From positions 930,001 to 962,000 of the forward strand of contig NZ_CP045650.1 of assembly GCF_009557235.1 (NCBI RefSeq): a stretch of 32,000 nucleotides of DNA, given 5' to 3'. This DNA is from Acinetobacter wanghuae (GTDB taxonomy: Bacteria; Pseudomonadota; Gammaproteobacteria; Pseudomonadales; Moraxellaceae). The first letter of the stretch is position 1. Each line of letters opens with the position of its first letter. The notes below the pieces were generated by a model, which worked only from the letters and a program-made list of their open reading frames with translations, ran no database searches and was not told the DNA's origin. The position numbers and the translations under genes were made by a program. Below are positions 16,717-25,622 of the stretch, piece by piece.

Positions 16717-18159
16717 TTATTTTGAGAAAAGGCAAGGAGTTCCATGTTTTTCCTCAAATTGTTTGACCCATTTCTCATGTTCGGCAAGCTCTTCGTCGGA
16801 CGCATAAATAACAGGTAAATCAATTTCGATTTTACTCGGTCCCTGACCTGCTTGCTGTTCGGTCGATTGTGACAGGGCATCCATATCAAATGAAACCTGT
16901 CCACCAGTCATGGCTAAATAGACATCTGCCAGAATCTCAGCATCGAGTAAGGCACCATGGAAGGTACGATCACGTTGGGCAATTTCATAACGACGCACTA
17001 AGGCATCAAGGGAATTTTTTTGCCCAGGATGCTTAGCTCTTGCCATGGCTAAAGTATCGGTGACTTCGCAAACTTCGGACAGTGCCTTAAAGCCCGCACG
17101 AGTAAACTCCATATCGAGGAAGTTCATATCGAAGCTGGCGTTATGCGCAATAATCTCAGCGCCTTGCAGATAATCAAACAGCGTGTCAGCAATGTCGCTA
17201 TACAGCGGTTTATCTTTTAGAAACTCATCTGAAATACCATGCACATTCTCAGAATCACCCACCGGTTTTTGCGGATTAATATAGATATGAATGGAGCTGC
17301 CTGTGAGCTTGCGATTAATCATTTCAATCGCACCCACTTCGACAATGCGATCCCCATCTTGATAATAGAAACCCGTGGTTTCGGTATCGAGAATGAGTTG
17401 GCGCGGACCATGCAAATCTAATGTCGCAGGGGTGATCACAATTTGCGGATGAATTTTTCCTTGGATGACACGTGTGGTATGCGTATTGAGATCCGTCACT
17501 TGATCATGATTTTCTGCATGAGGCAATGCGTCATCTTCAAGCATTTCATTCTCAGGTAAGGCATCTAGACTTGCGTCATCAACAAGCGCTTCACTTTCGG
17601 CATCGATGAAGTCCATACCAAATGGATCATCTAGCAACCAATCGATTTCAGGCTTTTTTTTTGATTCATCTGTCGTGCTACCGATTGAAAATGTCGCTGT
17701 TGGGACATGACGCGCTTTTTCACCTTTTTCTAAGGTTAAATCCACGCCTAAATTGGCAAGATGATCTGCCATTTCATTGCCTGCATGACCGGCGTGTCCT
17801 TTGATCCAATTCCATTCAATCTCACGACCTTGGCAGGCAGCATCAAGTTCCTTCCAAAGATCTGGGTTTTTAACATCTTTCCAGTTTTTCTTTTTCCAGC
17901 CGTGAATCCATTCGGTAATGCCTTGTTTGACATAATTTGAGTCCGTCCAAATAATTAGCTTGGCGTCTTTGGGACAGAACAAAATGCCTTCAATGGCTGC
18001 GCTCAGTTCCATTCGATTGTTGGTGGTCTGAGATTCACCACCATAAATTTTATATTCATCTGATCCGCTCGTGATATACGCACCCCAACCACCAACGGCA
18101 ATCTCTTTACCATTACCGCGGCAAGCACCGTCTACATAGAGTGTGATTGTCTGTGACAT
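16717..18159 (-). CDS. rnhA-dnaQ: Fusion protein: RNase HI (N-terminal) plus DNA polymerase III epsilon proofreading exonuclease (C-terminal)
   Basis: Residues 1-~140 carry the RNase HI motifs LYVDGACRGNG, TNNRMEL, IWTDSNYV and KGHAGHAGNEMADHLA. Residues ~255-430 carry the DnaQ ExoI-III motifs LILDTETTG, AHNASFDMNFL and HGALLDAEILADVY. An acidic linker of about 100 aa joins the two halves. Confidence 0.92.
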   Translation of the reverse strand: MSQTITLYVDGACRGNGKEIAVGGWGAYITSGSDEYKIYGGESQTTNNRMELSAAIEGILFCPKDAKLIIWTDSNYVKQGITEWIHGWKKKNWKDVKNPDLWKELDAACQGREIEWNWIKGHAGHAGNEMADHLANLGVDLTLEKGEKARHVPTATFSIGSTTDESKKKPEIDWLLDDPFGMDFIDAESEALVDDASLDALPENEMLEDDALPHAENHDQVTDLNTHTTRVIQGKIHPQIVITPATLDLHGPRQLILDTETTGFYYQDGDRIVEVGAIEMINRKLTGSSIHIYINPQKPVGDSENVHGISDEFLKDKPLYSDIADTLFDYLQGAEIIAHNASFDMNFLDMEFTRAGFKALSEVCEVTDTLAMARAKHPGQKNSLDALVRRYEIAQRDRTFHGALLDAEILADVYLAMTGGQVSFDMDALSQSTEQQAGQGPSKIEIDLPVIYASDEELAEHEKWVKQFEEKHGTPCLFSK

Positions 18160-18260
18160 ATATCAAATCCGATCGAAAAAGAACTAAAGAAGATGCATAT
18201 TGTATAACGCAAAAGCGTAGGATTAATCCATATGATCGGTATTTTTTAATTTCTTGTAAC

Positions 18261-18284
18261 ATTTAACGTCAATTCACGTTAAAT
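18261..18284. promoter_or_regulatory. Candidate operator palindrome in the divergent rnhA-dnaQ / mltD control region
   Basis: Perfect 9-bp inverted repeat ATTTAACGT-caattc-ACGTTAAAT. A second 6-bp palindrome, cttgtc-tctgt-gacaag, follows at 18291-18307. Confidence 0.3.
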
Positions 18285-18365
18285 TATTGCCTTGTCTCTG
18301 TGACAAGCTTATTTACAATGGCAGATCTTAAAAAATAAATTGATACGAGTTGTTTGGATTTCTAT

Positions 18366-21300
18366 ATGTATAAACCAACCGCAATAGTGTGGCAGCCCTT
18401 ATTACCTACATTTCTAAAAATATCAGTTTTGGGTGCAGCACTTGCATCGTTAGGACTGACGGGCTGTTCATCGACACCAAGTGCGAGCCAAACCTCTAAA
18501 TCCAAGCAACTGGGTTCACAATATCTGGGTGCCAACAGTCTAGATAGCTTAGAAGATTTACTATCTGCAACCGATATGCGCGCCGTGGAAGGTGACCGTC
18601 TTTTGGTACTCAAACACGGTGATGTGTGGAAACGCATGACAGTCGGGTTCAAAATGGATCTGAATACATGGCATCCACGTATTGATGCACAACGCGGTTG
18701 GTTTGCATCACGTCAGCCGTATCTAGAACGTTTAAGTGCGCGTGCTTCACGCTATTTATATTATACGGTGAAAGAAGCGGAACGCCGTGGTATGCCCACC
18801 GAATTGGCGCTTTTACCGATTATTGAAAGTTCTTATGATCCCGCAGCAACCAGTAGTGCAGCAGCAGCAGGTTTATGGCAATTTATTCCGAGTACAGGTC
18901 GTATTTACGGCTTAAAACAAAGTCCGTTATATGATGGTAGACGTGATGTGGTGGAGTCTACTCGTGCTGCTTATGAGTTTTTAGGCAGCCTTTATAATCA
19001 ATTCGGTTCATGGGAATTGGCATTAGCATCTTATAATGCAGGACCGGGACGTATTCAACAGGCGATTAACCGTAATAAAGCTGCGGGCTTACCGACTGAT
19101 TATTGGTCATTAAAACTACCGCAAGAAACCATGTACTATGTACCGCGTTTCTTGGCAGTCGCTCAAATTGTTAAAAATCCAAGCCAATATGGGGTGAGTT
19201 TGCCGCCGATTGCTAATCGTCCGCATTTTCGTGAAGTGAGTGTCGGTGCAGCAAGCTTAAATGAAATTTCTGCCATTACGGGTTTAAGTCGCGCTGAATT
19301 GTATCAACTGAATCCGGGGCATCGCGGAGATCGTATTGATCCAGACAGTCCGCGCAAAATTTTAATTCCAGCAGACTTAAGTCCAGCCATTGATGCACGT
19401 CTCAAAAATCTGAAATCAAATCAGTCTGGACTTTGGGCAGGTTCGCCAGCTTTACCTAAAAATGATACGCAAATCACCCCGATTAAAGCTGCACCACCGC
19501 TACTGAATACAACGAAACCCGCTGTGGTGACGAAACCGACTTCAACAACCACTACACCTGCGGTCATTGCATCAACCACAGTATCAAAGCCAGCGGTATC
19601 TAAAGCACCAACAACAGTGGCTGCAAAACCTGTAGTTACGCCATCGACTACCATGGCTCAAACCAAACCAATGCCGACGCCGAAAGGTTCTAATGCATTG
19701 GCTGAGTTTGCAGCGAAAAGTGAGTTACCTATTCCAAGTGCACCACGTATTCCTGTGGCTGTAACCCCAGTAGCTGCAGTAAAACAAATTCAAGTTGAAC
19801 CTGCAATTACGGCAGCAGAACGTCAACAAATTCAAGCAGCGGTGAGTCAGGAAGCCAGCAACAAAAGTGTAGATGACATTTTAAAACCAGTGGCTACACC
19901 GGCGGAACAAGCAGAAGTGGTCGCAGAGTTAAAAGCTTTAGCACCTGCGGGCACAGAAATTGTTGATCCTTATGATGGTAAAATTAAACTGACGGCGATT
20001 CAAACCAGTCTTTCAGTCTCTGAACAACAAGGGAAAGAACTCACCAAAGGTTTCTCTTATCCAAAAGACGTGGCTGAGCAAACCAAATCTGACTCTGTTG
20101 AAGCGAAGCTGAACCAAAGCAAAAACTATGTAAAAACCGATTCGGAAGTTGTGGTTGTTGCACCAAAAGGCAAACGGAGTACGTATACCGTTCAGCCGGG
20201 TGATAACTTGGCTATGATCGCTGCAAAAAATGGCGTGAATTGGCGTGATGTGGCGAAATGGAATCAGATTGATCCTGCTGCGACCTTATATGTCGGGACT
20301 ACGATTTATTTATATGATGCCAAGCCAATTGTTGAGCCAACGAAAGCGGCTGCAAAACCTGAAAGTTATACTGTTCAAGCCAATGATTCATTGACCAGTG
20401 TCGCCAATCATTTTGGATTAAGTCTGAAACAACTGGCCGATTTTAATGGACTGAGTACCACAAGCGGTTTGTTTGTGGGGCAAAAACTCTCCTTAAAAGA
20501 CACAGGTAAAGCGAAATCTGAAGACAGTAAAAAACCTGAAACTGTTAAAGTTCAGACCAAGCCTTATGTGGTAAAACGTGGGGAATATTTAAAGCTCATT
20601 GCAGATCGTTATGCATTATCCAATGCGGAATTGGCTGCATTAACGCCCGGTTTAACATCGGCAAGCAGTCTCAATATTGGTCAAAAAATTAATGTGCCTG
20701 TTCATGACGTTGCAGATTTAAGCACAAAAATGCCTGAGCCAAAAGTTGAGCAAAAAATTAGCAATGTAAAAGTGGATAAAATGGAAAGCTATCAAGTGAA
20801 ACGTGGCGAAACACTGTATAGCATTGCCAATCAAAACAAAATGACGGTTGCGGAGCTTGCAGCATTGAATGGTTTTGCCGCAAACAGCGGTTTACGCTTA
20901 GGTCAAACCATTAAAATTCCGGCGAATGTGAAAACGCCTGAACAATACACCGTTCAATCTGGCGATACGTTGTCCGGCATTGCGTCAAAGTACAATATGT
21001 CGATTGATCAGGTTGCAGATTTAAATGGATTATCACGCACTGCAGGCTTACGTGTTGGGCAGCATTTAAAACTCAGTGGTGAACCCTTTTCATCTCATGT
21101 AACGACAATTGAAAAGCCAGTTGAAAAAGCTGTTCAAGGCGTGAAGTCGAATATTCATGTAGTGAAATCAGGTGAGACATTAAGCTCGATTGCACGGGAC
21201 TATAAACTGCAATTGAGATATCTAGCAGAATTAAATGATTTGTCTACCTCGAGTGCAATTCGTATCGGACAACGTCTCAAAGTTGAAGGCGATTTAGTTG

Positions 21301-21650
21301 AAACTCAGAAAGTAGATGAGTCTAAAGTCACCGTGAAGACCTCATCGAAGGCAACGGAAAGCCATACGGTGAAATCAGGTGAATCATTGAATGCGATTGC
21401 TAATCGAATCGGCATCAGTGTGGCAGAGCTTGCGGCATTGAATAATCTGAGTCCTAAAGCAGGCTTACGCGTTGGACAAATTATTCATGTCCCTAAAACG
21501 GTGACTGAATATAAAATTAAACGTGGTGATACCTTAATTGGTGTTGCAAGTCGCTATGGGGTGGACAGTGCGGCATTGGCGCAAATGAATGATCTGAAGC
21601 CGAGCGCGCAATTACGTATTGGTGATGTGATTAAAGTGCCTAATCTCTAA
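18366..21650 (+). CDS. mltD: Membrane-bound lytic murein transglycosylase D-like lipoprotein with an expanded LysM array
   Basis: I prefer the ATG at 18366; the track uses the TTG at 18354. The lipobox is LTGC. The SLT catalytic region is ELALLPIIESSYDPAA...GLWQFIPSTG...SYNAGPG. One degenerate LysM-like segment follows the SLT domain, then a P/T/A/V-rich linker and 8 clear C-terminal LysM modules. Confidence 0.9.
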   Translation: MYKPTAIVWQPLLPTFLKISVLGAALASLGLTGCSSTPSASQTSKSKQLGSQYLGANSLDSLEDLLSATDMRAVEGDRLLVLKHGDVWKRMTVGFKMDLNTWHPRIDAQRGWFASRQPYLERLSARASRYLYYTVKEAERRGMPTELALLPIIESSYDPAATSSAAAAGLWQFIPSTGRIYGLKQSPLYDGRRDVVESTRAAYEFLGSLYNQFGSWELALASYNAGPGRIQQAINRNKAAGLPTDYWSLKLPQETMYYVPRFLAVAQIVKNPSQYGVSLPPIANRPHFREVSVGAASLNEISAITGLSRAELYQLNPGHRGDRIDPDSPRKILIPADLSPAIDARLKNLKSNQSGLWAGSPALPKNDTQITPIKAAPPLLNTTKPAVVTKPTSTTTTPAVIASTTVSKPAVSKAPTTVAAKPVVTPSTTMAQTKPMPTPKGSNALAEFAAKSELPIPSAPRIPVAVTPVAAVKQIQVEPAITAAERQQIQAAVSQEASNKSVDDILKPVATPAEQAEVVAELKALAPAGTEIVDPYDGKIKLTAIQTSLSVSEQQGKELTKGFSYPKDVAEQTKSDSVEAKLNQSKNYVKTDSEVVVVAPKGKRSTYTVQPGDNLAMIAAKNGVNWRDVAKWNQIDPAATLYVGTTIYLYDAKPIVEPTKAAAKPESYTVQANDSLTSVANHFGLSLKQLADFNGLSTTSGLFVGQKLSLKDTGKAKSEDSKKPETVKVQTKPYVVKRGEYLKLIADRYALSNAELAALTPGLTSASSLNIGQKINVPVHDVADLSTKMPEPKVEQKISNVKVDKMESYQVKRGETLYSIANQNKMTVAELAALNGFAANSGLRLGQTIKIPANVKTPEQYTVQSGDTLSGIASKYNMSIDQVADLNGLSRTAGLRVGQHLKLSGEPFSSHVTTIEKPVEKAVQGVKSNIHVVKSGETLSSIARDYKLQLRYLAELNDLSTSSAIRIGQRLKVEGDLVETQKVDESKVTVKTSSKATESHTVKSGESLNAIANRIGISVAELAALNNLSPKAGLRVGQIIHVPKTVTEYKIKRGDTLIGVASRYGVDSAALAQMNDLKPSAQLRIGDVIKVPNL
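20184..21641 (+). repeat. Eight tandem LysM-encoding modules within mltD (coding repeat)
   Basis: The modules begin at about 20184, 20367, 20565, 20790, 20946, 21156, 21363 and 21510. Each has the pattern (Y/H)xV(K/Q)xG(D/E)(T/S)L..IA......(L/V)..(L/W)N.L.....L..GQ.(I/L).(V/L/I), and short K/E/P-rich linkers separate them. Confidence 0.85.
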
Positions 21651-21677
21651 AACCGAAATAAAACAGGGAGTGTTTGA

Positions 21678-23519
21678 ATGAGCTTTGCATATGCAAAAGG
21701 ACTCATGTATGTCTTCGGACTTTCGGTGATGACGCAAGGGGGCTGGGCTGCATTGCAGACCACGCCCTTTATTGCGATTCATAGTCAGCCTCTCTATGCT
21801 CATTTGCCGCATATGCCTTATGCAGACCCCAGTGCAAGAAAAGGCGGCTATTTAAGTCAGTCGGCGAATGGTACATTTGATAATTTAAATGCCATGAATG
21901 GCAAAGGCACATCCGCAGAAGGCGTCGATTATCTATTTGATAGTTTAATGCGTAGCTCACTCGATGAACCGGGCGTGATGTATCCTTTAGTGGCAGAAAA
22001 AGTCACTTTTGATCCGCATAAAACGGCGGATGTCATTTATCACTTAAATCCTAAAGCGAAATTTAGCGATGGTTCAGCCCTAACGGCGGCTGATGTAAAA
22101 TTTAGTTTTGATAGCTTTATAACGAAAGGTAATCCTGGCTTACAGATGTATTTGTCTGACTTGGCAAAGACTGAAGTATTGTCACCGCATCAAGTCAAGA
22201 TGACTTTTAAATCGGGCAATAATGCTGAGATGCCACTCATTTTGGCGCAAATGCCCATTTATTCAAAAAAAGATTGGCAAGGCAAAGATTTCAGCCGTAT
22301 TACGCTAAAGCCAATATTAGGCTCAGGACCTTATCTGATTGAGCAGATTGATCCGGGGCGAAGCATCTCTTATAAGCGTAATCCACATTATTGGGCTGCG
22401 AATTTACCGATTAATCGAGGTAAGTTTAATTTTGATCGTCTCAAGTTTGTCTATTATCGTAATTTAGATGTGGCATTTGAAGGCTTTAAATCCGGTCAAT
22501 ATACGCTGCATCAAGAATATACCGCGCGTAAATGGGTCACTGAATACCAGTTTCCTGCGGTGACCAATCAGATGGTGACCAAATACAATTTTAAGCATAG
22601 CAATCCGATTGCGACGCAAAGTTTTGTTTTTAATAGCCGTCGTACACCGATGGATGATATTCGATTTCGCCAAGCGTTGACTTATGCTTATGATTTTGAA
22701 TGGCAAAATAAAGCGCTATTTTATGGGCAATATCAGCGATTACAAAGTTATTTTAGTAATAGCGAGCTAGAAGCCAAGGGTGTACCTTCAAGCAAAGAGC
22801 TGACAATGCTCAAACCGTATTTGGCAAAACTGCATCCAATTCAACGCGCAGGAGTATTGAAAAATTGGACTTATCCTCGCTCTGATGCCAGTGGTTTTAA
22901 TCGCAATAATTTAATCACTGCACGTGATTTACTTTTAAAAGCCGGCTATCAATATAAAAATGCGCAATTATGTGACAAAAAAGGCAAACCGATTCAGCTT
23001 GAATTCCTGATTCATCAAGATGGTTTACAGCGAACATTGATGCCTTTTGTGCGCAACCTAAAACGTTTGGGTATTACGGTGAATATTCGGCATGTCGATG
23101 TGCCGCAATATATCGAACGCATGCGCTCAAAAGATTTTGATATGACCACCAATGTGTTGCCGCAATCTTTAAACCCGGGCAATGAACAATCGCAGTTTTG
23201 GGGCAGTGCTTCGGCAGATCAGCCGGGCAATTATAATTATGCAGGCATTAAAAATGCCGCGATTGATGATGCGATTGAAAAAATCATACGGGCATCAGAC
23301 CGTGATCAGTTAATCCTCAGAACGCGAGTCTTAGATCGTTTATTACGGGCAGGTTATTATCAAATCCCGACCTATGGCAAAGGCGGTAACTGGTATGCCT
23401 ATTGGAATATGTATGAGCAACCTAAAATCAAACCTAAACTGAATGTGGGTATTGATTATTGGTGGAGTAATCCAAACAAAGCGGCTAAAGTGAACCAATA
23501 TTTAAAACTTCAAAAATAA
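21678..23519 (+). CDS. yejA: ABC transporter periplasmic substrate-binding protein, family 5 (YejA-like, peptide/microcin C type)
   Basis: 613 aa. The RBS agggag lies upstream and a signal-peptide-like N-terminus ends in GGWA. The size and sequence are typical of YejA/OppA-class binding proteins. It is followed directly by yejB/E/F homologues. Confidence 0.8.
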   Translation: MSFAYAKGLMYVFGLSVMTQGGWAALQTTPFIAIHSQPLYAHLPHMPYADPSARKGGYLSQSANGTFDNLNAMNGKGTSAEGVDYLFDSLMRSSLDEPGVMYPLVAEKVTFDPHKTADVIYHLNPKAKFSDGSALTAADVKFSFDSFITKGNPGLQMYLSDLAKTEVLSPHQVKMTFKSGNNAEMPLILAQMPIYSKKDWQGKDFSRITLKPILGSGPYLIEQIDPGRSISYKRNPHYWAANLPINRGKFNFDRLKFVYYRNLDVAFEGFKSGQYTLHQEYTARKWVTEYQFPAVTNQMVTKYNFKHSNPIATQSFVFNSRRTPMDDIRFRQALTYAYDFEWQNKALFYGQYQRLQSYFSNSELEAKGVPSSKELTMLKPYLAKLHPIQRAGVLKNWTYPRSDASGFNRNNLITARDLLLKAGYQYKNAQLCDKKGKPIQLEFLIHQDGLQRTLMPFVRNLKRLGITVNIRHVDVPQYIERMRSKDFDMTTNVLPQSLNPGNEQSQFWGSASADQPGNYNYAGIKNAAIDDAIEKIIRASDRDQLILRTRVLDRLLRAGYYQIPTYGKGGNWYAYWNMYEQPKIKPKLNVGIDYWWSNPNKAAKVNQYLKLQK

Positions 23520-23537
23520 TAAGGACAAAATAAGTCG

Positions 23538-24608
23538 ATGGGAACCTATATCCTTAAGCGTCTGTTGCTGATTATTCCGACACTATTTTTGATTCTGTTG
23601 ATTAATTTTGTGATTGTGCAAATTGCACCGGGTGGACCTGTAGAGCAAGCCATTCAACAAGCTGAAGCCTTTCAAGGGATGGGTGGCATGTCAGGCGGAG
23701 AAACGGCTGTCAATGATCATACTCATTATCAAGGTGCTAAAGGACTCAGTGAGGAGATGGTTGAGAAAATCAAAGCCCAATATGGTTTTGATCAACCCGT
23801 TCATATCCGCTTTTGGGACATGCTCAAAGGCTATGTGCAATTTGATTTTGGTACTAGTTTTTTCAAAGATAAACCTGTGACGCAGTTATTGTGGGAAAAG
23901 CTCCCCGTATCGTTGTCGCTTGGGCTGTGGAGTACCTTATTAATTTATCTGATCTCCATTCCGCTTGGGATTAAAAAAGCGCGTAAACACGGCAGTATTT
24001 TTGATAAATCGACGTCTATGCTCCTTGCTGTCGGTTATGCCATCCCTGCTTTTATCTTTGCAATTTTACTGATTGTATTTTTCGCGGGTGGTTCTTATTT
24101 CCAATGGTTTCCGCTGCAAGGATTGGTCTCTGAAGACTTTGCACAGCTGTCTTTCTGGGCAAAAGTAAAAGATTATTTTTGGCATATGACCTTGCCGTTA
24201 CTGGCGATGATTATTGGCGGCTTTGCGGGTTTGACCTATTTAACCAAATATTCCTTTATGGAAGAACTTAGTAAGCAATATGTATTGGCGGCACGTTCTA
24301 AAGGTCTGAATGAATCACGGGTGCTCTATGGGCATGTCTTTCGTAATGCGATGTTAATTGTCATTGCAGGATTGCCTGAAGCATTGGTCGGTATTTTCTT
24401 TGTGGGTAATCTATTTATTGAGATTATTTTTAATTTAGATGGTTTGGGTTTACTTGGCTTTGAAGCGATTGTGCAACGGGATTATCCTGTGATTTTTGGC
24501 ACATTGTTCTTATTTACCTTAATGGGTTTAATTTTACGTTTAATCAGTGATGTGTTGTATCAGGTGATTGACCCACGCATTAACTTTGATTCGAGGGGCG
24601 CAAAATAA
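23538..24608 (+). CDS. yejB: ABC transporter permease (YejB-like)
   Basis: 356 aa and multi-TM. The N-terminus YILKRLLLIIPTLFLILLINFVIVQIAPGGP is typical of DppB/OppB/YejB permeases, and the EAA-loop region is YVLAARSKGL. Confidence 0.88.
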   Translation: MGTYILKRLLLIIPTLFLILLINFVIVQIAPGGPVEQAIQQAEAFQGMGGMSGGETAVNDHTHYQGAKGLSEEMVEKIKAQYGFDQPVHIRFWDMLKGYVQFDFGTSFFKDKPVTQLLWEKLPVSLSLGLWSTLLIYLISIPLGIKKARKHGSIFDKSTSMLLAVGYAIPAFIFAILLIVFFAGGSYFQWFPLQGLVSEDFAQLSFWAKVKDYFWHMTLPLLAMIIGGFAGLTYLTKYSFMEELSKQYVLAARSKGLNESRVLYGHVFRNAMLIVIAGLPEALVGIFFVGNLFIEIIFNLDGLGLLGFEAIVQRDYPVIFGTLFLFTLMGLILRLISDVLYQVIDPRINFDSRGAK

Positions 24609-25621
24609 TGTCTCCGATCATGCGTGCGCGCTTACAACGCTTCAAAGCCAATCGATTGGGCTTTAGCTGTTTTATTGTTTTTAGTATCATTTTCATCTTG
24701 TCTTTGGGCGCAGAATTTATCGCCAATGACAAACCGCTGTTAGTGAAATATGAAAATTCATTCTATTCACCTGCATTTAAAAGCTATCCTGAAACCACAT
24801 TCGGTGGTGTGTTTGAAACGGAAGCAGATTATAAAGATCCAGTCGTCCAACAACTGATAAATAACAATGGTTGGGCTGTGTGGCCACTCATCGAATTTTC
24901 ATATCAAACGCCTAATTTAGATTTAACGGTGCCTGTGCCGTCTAAGCCAACCGCACAGAATTGGCTCGGTACAGATGATCAAGGGCGTGATGTGCTTGCA
25001 CGGATTTTGTATGGCTTGCGTGTATCGTTATTATTTGGCTTTGCTTTGACCTTAGCCTCCGCTTTACTCGGGATCACGGTGGGTGCAATCCAAGGCTATT
25101 ACGGTGGCTGGATTGATCTGATTGGTCAGCGACTGCTTGAAGTTTGGGGTGGTTTGCCGATGCTCTTTATGGTCATGATTTTAGTCAGTATGTTTACACC
25201 AAATGTATATTGGCTGTTTATTATCATGTTGCTATTTGGTTGGACAACCTTGGTCGGTTTGGTGCGTGCAGAATTTTTACGCGCGCGTAATTTTGACTAT
25301 GTCCGTGCGGCAAGAAGTTTGGGTGTGACTGATCACACCATCATGTTTAGGCATATTTTGCCCAATGCCATGAGTTCAAGTTTGTCACAACTGCCTTTTA
25401 TGTTAACCGCAAATATCACCGCACTGACTGCACTGGATTTCCTAGGGTATGGTTTGCCACCTGATGCTGCATCTTTGGGTGAATTACTTGCGCAAGGTAA
25501 AAATAATTTAAATGCACCGTGGTTGGCATTGTCAGGCTTCTTTAGCCTCGCGATTGTGCTGTCTTTATTGATTTATATTGGGGAGGCGACACGTGATGCA
25601 TTCGATCCAAGACGTCAATAA
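24608..25621 (+). CDS. yejE: ABC transporter permease (YejE-like)
   Basis: 337 aa. HWLGTDDQGRDVLARILYG-type motif (NWLGTDDQGRDVLARILYG) and the EAA loop YVRAARSLGV are present. Its start overlaps the yejB stop in the motif TAATG. Confidence 0.88.
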   Translation: MSPIMRARLQRFKANRLGFSCFIVFSIIFILSLGAEFIANDKPLLVKYENSFYSPAFKSYPETTFGGVFETEADYKDPVVQQLINNNGWAVWPLIEFSYQTPNLDLTVPVPSKPTAQNWLGTDDQGRDVLARILYGLRVSLLFGFALTLASALLGITVGAIQGYYGGWIDLIGQRLLEVWGGLPMLFMVMILVSMFTPNVYWLFIIMLLFGWTTLVGLVRAEFLRARNFDYVRAARSLGVTDHTIMFRHILPNAMSSSLSQLPFMLTANITALTALDFLGYGLPPDAASLGELLAQGKNNLNAPWLALSGFFSLAIVLSLLIYIGEATRDAFDPRRQ

Positions 25622-25622
25622 G

